DNA of 64,000 nt from Paraspadella gotoi (lineage: Eukaryota > Animalia > Chaetognatha), in NCBI GenBank assembly GCA_051294375.1, contig CM119267.1, positions 5,322,578 through 5,386,577 on the forward strand, given 5' to 3'. A program made the position numbers and the translations under genes. Of this stretch, positions 1-13,382 are shown in pieces (within the stretch, counting starts at the first letter, position 1; each line of letters opens with the position of its first letter). The notes below the pieces were generated by a model. That model was not told the DNA's origin, did no database searches, and was given only the letters and a program-made list of their open reading frames with translations.

Positions 1-406
1 ACGAAAACAGCAACGACAGCCTCGCGTCGCTGGACGAGCCTTCTTATTTAATGACGCCTCACCTCGAACTTCATTTAGCTAATCTCATTGGCTCAGAATG
101 GGAACGCACAATCCCAACTGCGCGTTCCATTCAGCCAGTCCCAATGACCTTGCTCTCCGTTTGAGATCGATCTAGGGTAACCGCTTCCCAAGACGCCAAG
201 CTTTCGAAATCTGCCCATATTGATATAATTTGTTTGGGCCTTGACTATGCAGTTTTGAATAGAAGTGAAATATAAAGGAATCTTGATCGGAACTTCGATT
301 CGAACGATGCGCGGCCCTAGATCGACATAGGGTAAGGCGCCGGTGAGGGTCGGCAGCTCTTAACGCCAACGGGTGAGTTACCAACTGGGCGTCACTGGCA
401 ACCCAT

Positions 407-466
407 CTATTGATATCTATTGATATTGATATTGATATTGATATTGATATCCCATCTATTGATATC
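407..466. repeat. (GATATT)n short tandem repeat
   Basis: tattgata repeats flanked by a duplicated cccatctattgatat. Confidence 0.85.
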
Positions 467-1256
467 CCTCAGTTTTTTGTTCTGAATTCTTTTGACTTTA
501 TTTCTCATAATTAATGAGATTATTGATTTTTACAAACTTTCCTTCTCGACTCTAATGAAGCCCTAAAGTCTAAAAGCCTTAACCTCCCCCCCTCTCTTTT
601 CCAAAAAAAAAAAAACCCCGCGAGACAGAGCCGCGTTTTAATGGGAAAATCCAAAGTAAACTTTTTTCGATTCCAAATCTTTTTTTTTCTTTTCAAGATT
701 AACTTCGTCGTTCATTGTTCGTCAAAATCTCTTGAATCCAAAGTTTCTCTCTCTCTTTTTTTTTTCCACGATTCTTTTCTTCTTCTCTTTTCCCCCCAAA
801 GAAATTTTCTTTTTTGTTTTTCTTTTTTCTCTGATTAAAAAAAAAAATTCAAAGTGAGACAAACGATCGATTGTGAACATCCGCTCTGTGAGGAATCAGG
901 GTGCGGAATCCGAGCAACTCAGATTTCATTCTTTCCCAATGAAAAATTTGTCCGAAGCGCAATTCAGTAAAAGCACGTGTCTAAACTATTTTAATAATAT
1001 TGTTAATATACTAATGTATTAATTGTAAATTTAAAGGTTGCTTGATATTTTATTTTCATCGTCATCTTTATATTTCTCTGTCGAGAAAAAAGGCGATGGC
1101 CAAATCTCAAACGAACCTCCAATGTTAAAAAATCCAAAACCGCGAAATTCGGATTTTTTTCAGTTCAACTCTTCAAATCTTTTCTCTCCATTGACGCACA
1201 AAATATAATGGAAGTGGGAGTGGAGAGGAATGAAAAAGTATAAAGGGGAAAATACT

Positions 1257-1265
1257 GAGAGAGAG

Positions 1266-1305
<40 letters not shown>

Positions 1306-1335
1306 AGAGAGAGAAGAGATAGAGAGAGAGAGAGA
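1257..1335. repeat. (GA)n microsatellite
   Basis: Seen directly; similar tracts at ~1707-1747, 2156-2179, 11063-11098, 27537-27577. Confidence 0.95.
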
Positions 1336-1703
1336 CTTGAACAAACGAAAGAAGATTCTAGATTTATTGTCGCGCGTTCGAGATTCAAAAAGACTTAGGT
1401 TTAAATATATCTGTGGCGAACGATGAAACCGGGATCCAAATCTACATATCAACTTTAAGGAGATCGAAACTAAACCGTATCGAAAATGCCGCGAAGTAGA
1501 TCGATGCTGAAAAAAGTGCTACCCAGTACGACGCAGCACAACGTAGCACGACGCGCGTGGTGAGGCGGCGCATTTCTTAAGACCGATTCCATCTCGACCG
1601 AAACTTCATTTGCCCGAAAGTAAATCTGATGTATAAAGAGTATTATTTGCTTTTGAGCGTCTGGAAAAGACGCTCACATTCCTTCTTTCTTTTTCCGGGA
1701 GAA

Positions 1704-1754
<51 letters not shown>

Positions 1755-2534
1755 TACCTTAAACTTACCCGAAAAGGAATCCCGACCAAAAGGGTTCGTG
1801 CCTCGCCTTTTCCCTCTTGCGCCCTTCTTCCAAATCCGGATGGCAAAGATTCAAGAAAAATTAGGATTTTCTTGAGGTTAAAGAAATTAATTTTATTTAG
1901 CTTTAACTTTATTTACTCATCACTTTGCTTCGAAGTTTTTAAAAGTTTGGCACTATCATCGAAGAGACTGTTTAAATCGGAAAAAATTATACTAATGATA
2001 TATTCAGAGATCTTAACACGAGTAATTCTTGAAAACTTTATAGGTTCTTCTGATAGTGTTTGGGTTAAAAATAAACTAAATGAAAAGAATTTTGTTTCAT
2101 CTAATTATGGAAAAATTTGTTTCTAAAGACAAATATAAATTAAAGACAAACATTCTTTCTCTCTCTCTCTCTCTCTCTCCCCGACTCGTGTCTCCAAAAA
2201 TTAAATACATTGGGGCGTTTACACATCAATTTATGAAACAAAAATGTTAAAACTTTTCTGTTGATCACAAAATATTTATTTATTTCCTCGTTTTTTTAAA
2301 AGTTTCCGATTGTCTATTGGCATTAATAACGACTCAAAAATGTGCGGAAAAAATAAAGGTCGGCAAAATGAAAACATTAACGACATGAAATCCTTTTTTT
2401 TATTTGTTTTATTTCCTTGTTTCTGTTTCTGGCCTGCTTTGCTTCGGAATCCAAGGTTGAGGGGATAAAGCAAAAAAGCAAACACCCACTCAAATGAAGC
2501 AAAGAAAAAAAAGTTGGGAGGAATGAAAGCAAAA

Positions 2535-2643
2535 TGAAAGAAGAAAGAGAAAGAAAGAAAGAGAAAGAATAATAAGGAAAGAAAGAAAGATAGTAGAAGG
2601 AAAAAAGGAAAGCAAGAAAGAAGAAAAGTAACAAAGAAGAAAA

Positions 2644-2715
<72 letters not shown>

Positions 2716-2757
2716 GAGAAAGAAAAAAAGAAAGAAAGAAAGAAAGAAAAAAGAAAA
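2535..2757. repeat. (GAAA)n polypurine tract
   Basis: About 220 nt of almost pure purine with a long perfect gaaa run. Confidence 0.95.
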
Positions 2758-3090
2758 ATAGATTTGCTCACGACTTTCATCGCACTTGATATTTTTTTTT
2801 CTCGCTCATCTGCGTAGGAGGTAGAATATCCTCTTCTCGACTCCATTTCACTTCTGTTTAATGTTCATCCCGCGAAATATAAACTCCTATATTTTCTTCT
2901 TCGTAAAAGTTTGAATCGAAACATCACAATTTACTCTTTTGACCAATGCGTCTGGTCTCGCCCCAATTCTGGCTTCCCGGTCCACATCATTTGATGTAGT
3001 AATTGCAGTTTTTTATTTCTATTTTTAATTAAATTTCTCAATATATATTCAGGTTCTATAAACAAAAAAGTTTAATTTCTTTCCTCATAG

Positions 3091-4903
3091 ATGGCGTCAG
3101 CATCCATGGCTGTCAACGCCTCTTCCTCTTCTTCCTCCTCAGCGATGACAGCAGCCTCCGCAGCGGACGTCTCCGCCGCGACTTCCAAGACGATGCTGCG
3201 CCGCATTCTCATCGACGAGGCCGACTCCTTCGTCAACGGCGGAGAGGGCGGCGTCGGCGTCGCCTCTCCGCCGCGGACGACCGGTTTGCTCTGCTCCTCA
3301 GAAGAAATGTGGAAGATCCTCGATCTGCCGCCGCCGACGCCGCCCGCGAAATTCCCTGCGTCGCCGCTGCCGCTGCCGCCGACGCCGCTGGTGGTGGATA
3401 CGACGAACCACAACGGGGGAATTCACGCCGTCAAATTTCTCGAGAGAAACGGCGACGGCTTCGTCAACAACAACAACAACAGCGCGGCCTTTATCGACAA
3501 AAACTTGAAACTGCAGCACCCGCAGCAGGTACAGCAGGTGCAGCAGGAGCAACAGCAGCAGCAGATATTTTCTGAATCCGCGATTCGTCGTCAATTCCAA
3601 GAGTCCTCTTCCTCCTCCTCCTTCCTCCATTCTTCCCTTCCTCCTCCTCCTCTTCCTCCTCCTCCTCCCGCTCAATCTCCCTCATCCTCCCTTCAATTCC
3701 TCCCCCCACGATATCTCTCTCCCTCCACCTCCTCCCACCACCTCCCACCCCCGCCACCATCCCGCCACGATTCCCGCCTCAAGACGGAATCGCTTCGCCC
3801 ATCCTCGGCGTCTCCAGTTCCCAAGGAGATTCTCCTCGCCGCCTCCTCCATGGTCCAGTCGAGGAGGCGTGGCGGGGCTTCCTCGACCACGCCGCCGCCG
3901 CCCGTGCCGCCGCAGCCGCCGCTTACGCCGACGAGGTAAGGATCGATGATATTTTACGAGAGAAGCAGATGGAAAATGTGTTTTGCCTCATAGAGCAATC
4001 TAAATCATATTTTAAATAAATATAGCTTTGATATTTCCTAATAATTTTAATTACTATTGAGTACCGTTGCCTGCTTGTACGTATATAAGTTTTGTTCTTA
4101 CAATTATTAATATTATATGATCTTTTGAAAATATGGTCATCATCACATGACTTGATGTAAAACAATTTTAATGTATGGGAGATGTAGAAAATATTTATAT
4201 ATATATACAGTAACATAATTTTTAGAAAATACAATTGCCTGAAAAGAAAATTCAAGTCAATATATTTTAATACGACAATTAAAATATGGCAAAAAAGTCA
4301 ATACACCTTAGTATAACTTTCTCACTTCCCCTTTATTCCTCTCAGGTCGGCTCTTTCCGCCGTCCGCGCGTCGCCGGATTCGCCGGATTCGTCGGCGCCG
4401 GTTCCGGCCGACGTCCTCGCCGCGGCGCGCGACGCCATTTTGGGCGGATTCCTCCAGGCGAAGAAGTTGGGTATCGACGCGGCGTCTTATAGGGAGGTGC
4501 AGAGATTCGGGACGGCCTCGTCGGAAGTGTCGGAGACGAAGGAGCAGCGTAGGGTGGAGCAGAGATCGATGGAGCAGAGAAACGCCGAGAAACGATCGTT
4601 AGAGCGATACGAGATCGAGCAGAAAGCGTTGGAGCGTCGCGATGTTGAGCAGAGATTGCTGGAGCAGAGAAACGTCGAACAGAGATTACTGGAGCAGAGA
4701 AACGCCGAACAGAGATTACTGGAGCGGAGAAACGCCGAACAGAGATTATTGGAGCAGAGAAACGCCGAACAGAGATTGCTGGAACAGAGAAACGGCGAAC
4801 AGAGATTACTAGAGCAACGACGAACGAACTTCGCCGAAACTCACGAGTCGAGGCAAAGATCGAATCATTTTCGGATTGAAGAAGCCATCGCGGAGGAGCA
4901 CGT

Positions 4904-4945
<42 letters not shown>

Positions 4946-7900
4946 GAGGAATCAGACTCAAAAACGAGAAACTTCTGTCAGTTATCGATACATCGACGTG
5001 TCACTTCCGGCCTACGAAGAGACTTACCGACCGTCCCCGTTGCGTCGCGACGCGTCCCCTTCCCCGACGCCGTCGCCGACGCCGACTCCGCCGGAACCCC
5101 GCCCGCCGGACCGGGAAATCTCGGCGGCGGAGCGGCGCAACGCCCAGAGGCTCCGGTCGCGCACGACCTCCACGGCCGCCGGAGATTTGAGTCGAAACAA
5201 GAGGAACATTTTGGAGGAGATTAAGACGAGGAACAGATGTTGGTCGGGGAGAGAAGGGGAGGAAGAGGACGAGGAAGAGGAAGCCAAGCGGCATCGGACC
5301 GAGGCTTTGATTCAGATCGGCGCCGACGCACGGAGAAGGAGACTCGGGATCTTTAAAGAAAAGTTGGAGGACATTCATGCGCAGATGATGAGGAGGAGGA
5401 GGGAGGAGGAAGAGGAGGAGGAAGAGAGGAAGGAGGAGAAGAAGAGCGTCGTGGGTCAATTGGACGTGGCCTGGCCGCCCCCGGAGGGGGAGAAGGCGAG
5501 GGAGAGGAAGAAGCCGAGGAAGTTAGAGGGAGGATGGGAGAAGAAGATCAAGAAGGACGGGAGCGAGACAGAGTTGAAGAGATTGAAGGCGGAGATAGAG
5601 TTGGAGATAGTGAGGAGATTGAGGGAGAAGAAGAGGGAGTTGGACGAGGAGGAGGAGGAGGAAGAGGAAGAGGAGGAAGTGAAAGAGGTCGAGGTGGAGC
5701 TGGAGATGATCAAGGAGATTCAACTGCTGCGGCAGAGCGGAGCCGTGCGGGATCTCCAGCCGGAGACGGCTGCCGCTGTCGAGGTGAGGGAAGTGGACGT
5801 CGAGCTGCGGCAGATTCGGCGTCTGCAGGAGGCGAAGAGAGAATCTTGGCTTCTGGAGGACGAAGACGGTCGAGACGCGCCGGAGGTACTGAAGGCGCCG
5901 TCTCAGGCCGTCCCGGCCAAGGTGGAGATCGAGTGGGTGCCCGAGGCCGAGCCCGAGCGGCCCAGATTGGTGCCGGGTCGGCTGGAGATCCGCTGGCCGC
6001 TGACCGAGGAGCAGGAGAGGCGGCTGCGGGAGGTGGGGAAGTTGGAGGTGGATTGGGAGGAGAAGGTGAGGATATTGGAGGAGATGGAGGCGGAGAAGGC
6101 GGAGGATGAGAGGAGGAAGAGGGTGACGGAGGCGAGGAGAGATCGGGAGGAAGGGTTGTTGTTGAGGAAGACTGGGAGGAGGAGGAAGAAGAAGTCGACC
6201 ACGCGGAGACCGAACGTGAGTTTGGGAAGTTGGAAGAGTCGAGTCAAATTAATTTGCAAAATTATATTTATATATTTTTATATTTATATTTATATCATTC
6301 ACTACTCGATAATCTATCTAACAAGTTTGTACCTATTTTCTTTTTTTTTTTCTTTCTTCGTTTCTTTTTTTTTCCCCGATCGCTGTAGTTAATTATTTTC
6401 TCACTCATTATTTTTTTTAGTTCTACAATTCATGAATTTTTATTCTCATTTGCATATTGCAGGGTTTAAATAGTAACTATTCGTATGTGAAATACAGACT
6501 TGCTGTCTAACATTCTGCTAAAAAAAAGCATGTGCTCAACAATATTTACTGAAAAGTCATTTTCTTGGGCTGTAGCCCCAATTTTGGTGGTTTTGCTTCA
6601 ACGGTGAAGCAACAAGCAAACGTTGGTTTTGCCAAGTTTAAAGATATTCGATTCACTTAATCATTAATGTAAAACTATTATCAAATCAAAATTCATCAAT
6701 TATAAATGGGCTTCTCGTTACAACTTAGCCTACTGTGTGTCAGATCTGGCATAATTTCAGACCGGTTAGCCGTTAAAAAAATTATCTGGCATATAGAATA
6801 CAATCTGCTATATTTAAAATGAGAAAAAAATTGAAGGTTTTCCGATCTCCAGCATTCCACAAAGTAAGAAAAACACTGTATAATGTGTATAATGTATAAT
6901 GTATATAATATAATATGGTAATGAAGAAAATATTTAAGATTTTAGGTGCCCTTCTAACAGGGTACATTAATAAATTCTAACATGGAACATCTTTACTTAA
7001 AAGTCAACTCTTCCCTCTCTCGCAGAACAACACCGTCTCGATGAGCGTGTTCTCGGAATCTGACGAGAATTCCGGAGACTCTGAGACGGGAGAGATCGAA
7101 GGCGCCGCGGACGGGCGACGCCTCGTCATCGAGACGTCGATGGACTTCGCCGGAGATTCGACCACCGCGGAGTCCGACGTCTCCGTCACCACCTCGGAGT
7201 CGGCCATGCTCTCGCCAGGGCGGTTGGACGATGTCGACGAGGAGTTCGGTTGCGAGGTACGATAATTATTCAATTTGACAATCATTTTATTAATAATGAT
7301 TATAATAATGATAATTAATTTTGCCGGGTTTTTTTTTTAAGGATTGTATTATCGAATATAATCTTCTTTTTGTCCGTTTAAAACTTCACTTTTCATGATT
7401 TTTTTAAAAATATTTTGAGGCTTTAATTATTCAAAATAGTCATTTAAAGAGTATAAAATAATTAAGTTTAATTAAATTAAATCAATTAAATTAAATTATT
7501 TATTATAAGATTCCCTTGAAATCGATGAAAAACAGCTTATGTTTATAAAAAGCAAAAAAGATACCATTATGACAAAACAAAACAAATTTGGCTATATCCA
7601 TTATTCAATAATTGAATATTCATTATTCAATCTATTCTACCAAAAATACCGTCACACACCGGACAAATTCTATAATCTACAATATTACATTGACTCATTT
7701 ACCCAAAAACAACGAATTTTAACTATTATCGAATAATTGACAAAGCAATTGAGATCAATGAATTTTACTCGCTCCCACAGGTCCGCCGCCTCCGCCGCGA
7801 TTGGCGCGAGGAGATCTACGGAGACTCGGACTCGAAAAACCGAAAACTGAGACGTCGAACGGAGAAAGAGTTGGAGGAAGTGAGATCCCTGCAGACTGAG

Positions 7901-10159
7901 AAGAAGTTCGCGAGAGGACATAGGGGAGGGGAAGAGGAGGAGAGGAGGAGGAGAACCGAGGAAGAGGAGAGGAGGAAAGAGATGGAGCTACTGGCGGTCA
8001 AGCGGCGCCGCGAAGAGGAGCGGCGAAGCTGGAGGCCCGAGATGGCGGTGAGGGAGACGGAGCGAGGCGGGGTGGAAGAGGAGCTGTCAGAGGTGAAGCG
8101 ATGTCGAGAGCTGAACAAACTCAGTTTCGATCCCAACTCTCTCGTCAAGTCGGAAGAGAAGGGCGGATTGGAGGCGGAGCTGGAGCTCCTGCGACTGTTG
8201 CAGCTGGAGAAGAAGCTCGCCTTCAAGCCGGAACCGCCTCGGCAGAGCGAAGGATCGGAGCGGGAGAGGGAGCTGGAGGAGATTCGGCGGCGCCGGTTGG
8301 CCGTCAAGCAGGCCTACGACGCCGCGGAGACGGTCAAGCGGGACGAGAAGGCGACGCCGGCGTTGGCGACCGAATTGACGCACGTGCGGTTGGATCGCGT
8401 TCGCGCGGAAGTGGAATCGCAAATGGCGGCGATAGAGGAGAGGAAGAGAATCAAATCGGAAGAGGCGGCCGCGACGGAAACGAGGCCGAGGGGGAAGAGC
8501 GTCGACGGGCCGTTGGATAGAGTGGAGGAGGAGGAAGAGGATGAGGATATGGAGCGAGAGAAGACTTGGTTGTCGGCCTCGACGCAATGGGTCATGGTGA
8601 AGTGTCGGTCAAAGTCGGACGAGACCGACGAGGAAGAAGAAGATGAGAGGACGCGACCGACAAGATCGACGAGACATTCGACGGGGGAGTTTAAGATCGA
8701 CGCGACGACGACGACGACAACGACCACGGGCGTGATCGAGGCGACAACGAAATCCGATTTCAGATCCGAGATCGACCGCAAAACTACGACGACATCAACA
8801 ACAACTCCGCCGTCGGATTCGGCGTCTCTCGCCGGAATCCGTAGCGTCGCCGTTTTCTGCAAGAACGCCGGAGAATCGCGGATGGAGACGTCGGAATCCG
8901 GCGCCGCCGAGATCGACCCTTTCTCATCGGCGTCGTCGCCGCAGACGCCGAGTCCCCGCGTATCGACGCAGCATCAACTGCCGCCTTCTGGCAAAACGGG
9001 GCGAGCGGCGCCTACCGGACGAAATCCCAACTACATGACGATCGGGCGGACGAAGGACGTTCATCGCGAAGTGGAGAGTAGAGGCGACACCGGCAGAGGG
9101 CGACTCGGTCGAGGATCTTCCACGACCGTGTTCGTCGCTTCGTCGGAGAACGACTCCACCGACGGGTTGTCCGACGATTCCGTCGTCGTCGGGCGCCTTC
9201 GGAGGGCGCAGCGGACGCAGGCGGCGTCGGACACGGAAGTTAGAACGACGCCGAGGGCGAGAAGCGGGGTCCGAGTCGTCGGAGTCGAAAGTGGCGACGG
9301 ACGACGCCGATTGGTGGAAGAGAGACGAGGCGGAGGCATCGAAGTAGGGCGCGCCGCCGGGCGGAGGGTTACGGCCTCGAAGAGCGTGGAGAATCTGACG
9401 CTGCTGGGGAAGAGAGGCGGCGGGATCAACGGCGGGAGCGGCGGCGGCGGATTCCATTTGGAGAACGAGGCGGTGAACAAGGTTGAAGTCCGCCAGTCGC
9501 GTGGAAGCAGCGGCGGCGGCGGCGCTGCCACTCTCTCCGCTGTCGGGAAAACGAGAAAGGCGTCCTTCGTAGCAGACGCCAAAAGATCTTCTTCATTCTC
9601 CAGTTGGAAAGAGTCGACGGAAAGCGTGAACGGCGGTGCCGACTTTAAGACCCTCACAGATGGCGTTGCCGTCGCCAATGGTCAGTCCCTCGTCAACCGG
9701 CGCCGCTTCACCGGATCCAGCAGCGTCGTTAATGGCGGCGTCCTCGGCGTTCCCCTACCGGGTTTAGCGTCGTCGTCGATCCCAATGTCGCCGCCTTCCT
9801 ACAACGACGTCTTCGCCTTCAGTCGACATCAGCGCGCCTCGCGGGAAAAATCCGAAGTCGTCGTGGACAGAGGCGTCGCCAGAATCAGCGCCGTCGCCGA
9901 GTCCAGTTCCGCCAGCACTTTCGTGGCAACGACGTCGACAACGCGGTCTAGAGACAACAACAACAACAACAACAACACGGAGGGACGGAACGACTCCACA
10001 ACCGTGAAGAGACAAGGCATTCTCAAGTACGACCCGATTCGCGCCACGTCGTCGGAAGAGGCATCAACTGACGACGACAACCAAGTCGCCAAGAAGAAAG
10101 TCGCCGTCATGAAGAGAAAGGAGAAGACAGAGACTTTCGCCTCTCGGGTCAGGAGATGA
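3091..10159 (+). CDS. Large low-complexity charged/coiled-coil protein (~1774 aa), possibly actin-associated
   Basis: Four exons (3091-3935, 4346-6215, 7026-7256, 7781-10159) join in frame through GT-AG introns. The protein has Pro/Ser-rich and E/R-rich tracts and repeated G/K-[KR]-L-x-[IV]-x-W motifs. The ATG directly follows an acceptor (catag), so upstream exons are possible. Confidence 0.75.
4647..4817 (+). repeat. Coding 30-nt tandem repeat (EQRLLEQRNA x~6)
   Basis: Unit gaacagagattactggagcagagaaacgcc repeated with point variants. Confidence 0.9.
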
Positions 10160-11061
10160 CCTCAGATGGGAGGTGACAAACGATGTCCGGAGACGAGGAT
10201 GTGAAAGCCGACGACGAAGAGTTTAGAAATTCCAGGAGTTGGAGGCAAATACCAAATTTGACGATATATTTACCCGCTCTTCCCTCAAGCCCTCAAAAAT
10301 TAAAAAGTATTTACGCAGTACATTATCGGCGCAAAGTTTCTCTTGCAAACAAATAAATAACCCATTGTACCTTATGTATCTAAAAATATTCTCTTTAAAT
10401 AACTACGGAAACTTTTATTGTACCTCGGAATATCAATTATTACATTTTTTTTTTTTGCTTCCTTTGTTTTTCTGCACGATTTTAGGTTTTTCACTTTCAC
10501 AGCTGACTGAAGAAAGGGGAGAGAGGAAGAGAGAGAGAGAGAGAGAGAGAGAGAAGCCAGGAAGAACTGTCTCCGACGAAGCTTAGACATATATTTTTGT
10601 CGTTTTGGCCGGGATTCAACCACTGTCGTCATTTTCATTTGTGTTTCGTAGAAAAAACTTTACATGCGGATTTAAAAAAAGGAATCAAATTGACAAAAAT
10701 GATTTTTTTTTCGTCTCTTCTATGACTATTTAACTCGTTGGTTTTGTTTTTAAAACTGGTGCTAATAAATAAATCTTTCGTCGTATCATTATGTAACTTT
10801 ATGCTTTAATCGCCCCTTTTTTTTCTTACAGAGAAAAAATAAAATTACAAATTTTCAACGCAACTGTGGCGAAAGTTAATTAATTTTATGCCACCACCAT
10901 CTCTAATTTTTGAGCACAACCGAAATACTCCCTTTCTAAAAGTGGACACAAAGCAGCAAAACGCACAAAAATTTCGTTTCGCTTTCAGGAAAACTATTTG
11001 CGTCTCTAGAGGAGGGGGGGGGAATTCTTTTTAATTCGGGGAAGAATTCGTTTTTTTCCCT

Positions 11062-11102
<41 letters not shown>

Positions 11103-12089
11103 CCATCTCTTTGCTTCTGCTGCCGCTGCTGGTTAAAAAAAACATTCAAAGCAAAGAGAAAGAGAGAGCGAAGGGAGAGCGAGTGAAAAAAAAAAGAGAA
11201 AAGAGAGAGAGGCTTTTATTTCCCCCCCGAATGATTTTTTTCCCCGCTTTTCTATTTTTTTTCTTTTTCCCCGATTGTTACTCTTTTTTTAAAGAGGTAA
11301 TTTCGAGGTATAGACGATCGACGGCGAGCCTGTTGAACCTGACATTTCAACTCCCGCAGTTTTAAATTTTATTAAAGAAGGAAAAAAAAAAGAACAAAAA
11401 CTTTTTTCTCTCTCTCAGCCTTGTTTTTCCTGACATTATTATTCGTCCGTTCACTGCCATTTTTGGAAACGGTGGCGCTGTTTCGCCCCCGGTTGCCCGT
11501 TCGGAAGGATCTCTCTCTGTCCCTCTTTCTCTCTCCGAACTGCCCGTCGGAATAAACGGCCCGAGCGGAGGAAACGGGGTCCGCAGAATTCGCGTTTCGT
11601 CGACGACCGATCTGGGGAGGAATGTCGCTTCGGATGCGACTGAAGGCGACATCGATTAATACTCCGCTTCGACTCGCGGTAATCGTAGATATGATATTGT
11701 CGTTGTTTTGATCGACGTATTGCTGGACTTTTCACCTTTAAAGTAGCTTCACATATCGAATGTTCGCATTTATTTGTCCCCCCCCCCTCTCCCCAAACCA
11801 TTCCCCAAATTTATATGCTCCTACGCGAAGAGTTTCGTCCGCTCCTCATCCTTAAGAATCCTCAAACCCACACATTTATTTTTTTTTCTTTCTTCGCCAC
11901 AGAAAAATTCTCCATTTCCACGAATCGGCGGCGGCGGCGGCTGGGCGGGCTGCGGACGCTGCGGCAGGGGAACTCTTGTTTACATTTTTCTTTTGAATCT
12001 CTAAACAAACGAAACGCACCAACTTTTTTCCCCCTCTTCACATCCTTCTCATTCCATCTTTCCCCTCTTTTTTTTTTTTTTTTGCAAAC

Positions 12090-13382
12090 ATGGCAAGGTA
12101 AACTATATTAGTCCCGCTCTCATTTAATTTAACTTTTCTCAAGATCTTGAGGGTTTTGACTTTGTACGTAGTTAAATATGCAAACTACTAGCTAATCATT
12201 TCTCAATCGGTGATGACTTTTATTTAAATCATAATAAAGAGAAAGAAAAAGAATCAGGACTAAGAGACTAAAAATAAGCTGCGTATTCCCCTCCACGATC
12301 CTCCCGTCTAGATTTTCCACAAGCTACGACAAGATTCGTGACGACCCCCCGTGGGAGGGTTTGCTGGCCCTGGAGCTCTTGCTCCTATTGCTGGCAATCG
12401 GCGGCATCGCCCTCTTGTGCTACTCCTGGAAAAAGTACAAAAAGTTCGAGAAAAGATTAGAAAATCTTCGAAGAGGCGAACCCTATTACTCGCAAAACGT
12501 GGCGGCGCCCATCTTCATTCCCCCGCTCAAGGTGAGACTCGGCGGAATTTTTTAAACTGCGATATCGTGTCATTCTGAAGCCATTTTCCTCCTTTCACGC
12601 TTTCCCACGTCCCCCCCTTTTTATTTTTCATTTTTAGGAGTACGAAGTTCAATCTCTCGAAATGTGAGTACGTTTAAAAACTTTTTCGGTCAATATTTGC
12701 CGATAAAACTTTGATTTCAAAATTGAAAGAAAAAAAAAAAGTTCTCACTTTTGATATTTACGAAAATTTTTTCAAACCAAATTTCAATTTCTCTGCAAAG
12801 GTACGTTCCGCAGGAGGAGGACGACTTGGGAGAGATCAACCTGGGACTTACCCTCGACGAGGGTGTCAACAAGGGCAGCATGCGGCACAGCAGGGGCGGA
12901 TCGTTCAGGGGTAAGGGCAATTCCCTTTGATTATAATTTCAAATTTCAATATATACGCAATATAAAATATCATAAATAATACTGCATGAAATTGGTACCA
13001 AATTATCAATTCATTTAATAAGCTATCTTACCCAACTTAGGACAGGCTATGGTGTTTTAAGACCTCCATCGCTCTTACTAGATAATGACATAGCATGTCT
13101 CTGCTCTCTTCGGAAAGCAGTTTCCCTTTTGTTCTTTCAATTTGGGTAAAAAAATAAGCGACTATTGGTTAGAACAGTGGGGCATAGGAAAGTAACGCCC
13201 TAAGAGTATCAGAATTGAGATTTCCAACCTCAATAACCAGGACGCCAGGGAAATTTCGTAACTCGAGCATGTTCGCCTTGGGCACGCTTTAATAATTCCC
13301 CCTTCTATCAGGTAAAAGCGACTCGGGCTCAGGCGTCGCTGCCATCAACCCGATCTTCGAAAGAAACGGAAGCCGGAAATGA
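12090..13382 (+). CDS. 144-aa single-pass membrane protein with a Cad99C/PCDH15-like TM and cytoplasmic tail
   Basis: Exons 12090-12097, 12312-12531, 12638-12663, 12801-12910, 13312-13382 are all GT-AG and in frame: MARFSTSYDKIRDDPPWEG-LLALELLLLLLAIGGIALLCY-SWKKYKKF...PPLKEYEVQSLEMYVPQEEDDLGEI...NPIFERNGSRK*. AATAAA at ~13505. Confidence 0.8.
12987..13104 (+). repeat. Dispersed repeat family B copy
   Basis: tgaaattggtac...ggacaggctatggtgttttaagacctccatcgctcttactagataatgacatagca matches copies at 18881-18950(-), 24810-24940(+), 25511-25604(-), 30591-30647(+). Confidence 0.8.

Noticed and set aside
1165-2846. LSLS/ERER/FFLS ORFs
   Set aside because: They are translations of (GA)n and (GAAA)n microsatellites.
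6593-6612. Hairpin ttgcttca-acgg-tgaagcaa
   Set aside because: A single short palindrome, possibly a Helitron-type end, but with no partner terminus or second copy in the window.
11419-11658. Open frame after an acceptor upstream of the TM gene (candidate ectodomain exon)
   Set aside because: It ends in TAA and has no cadherin motifs; probably UTR.
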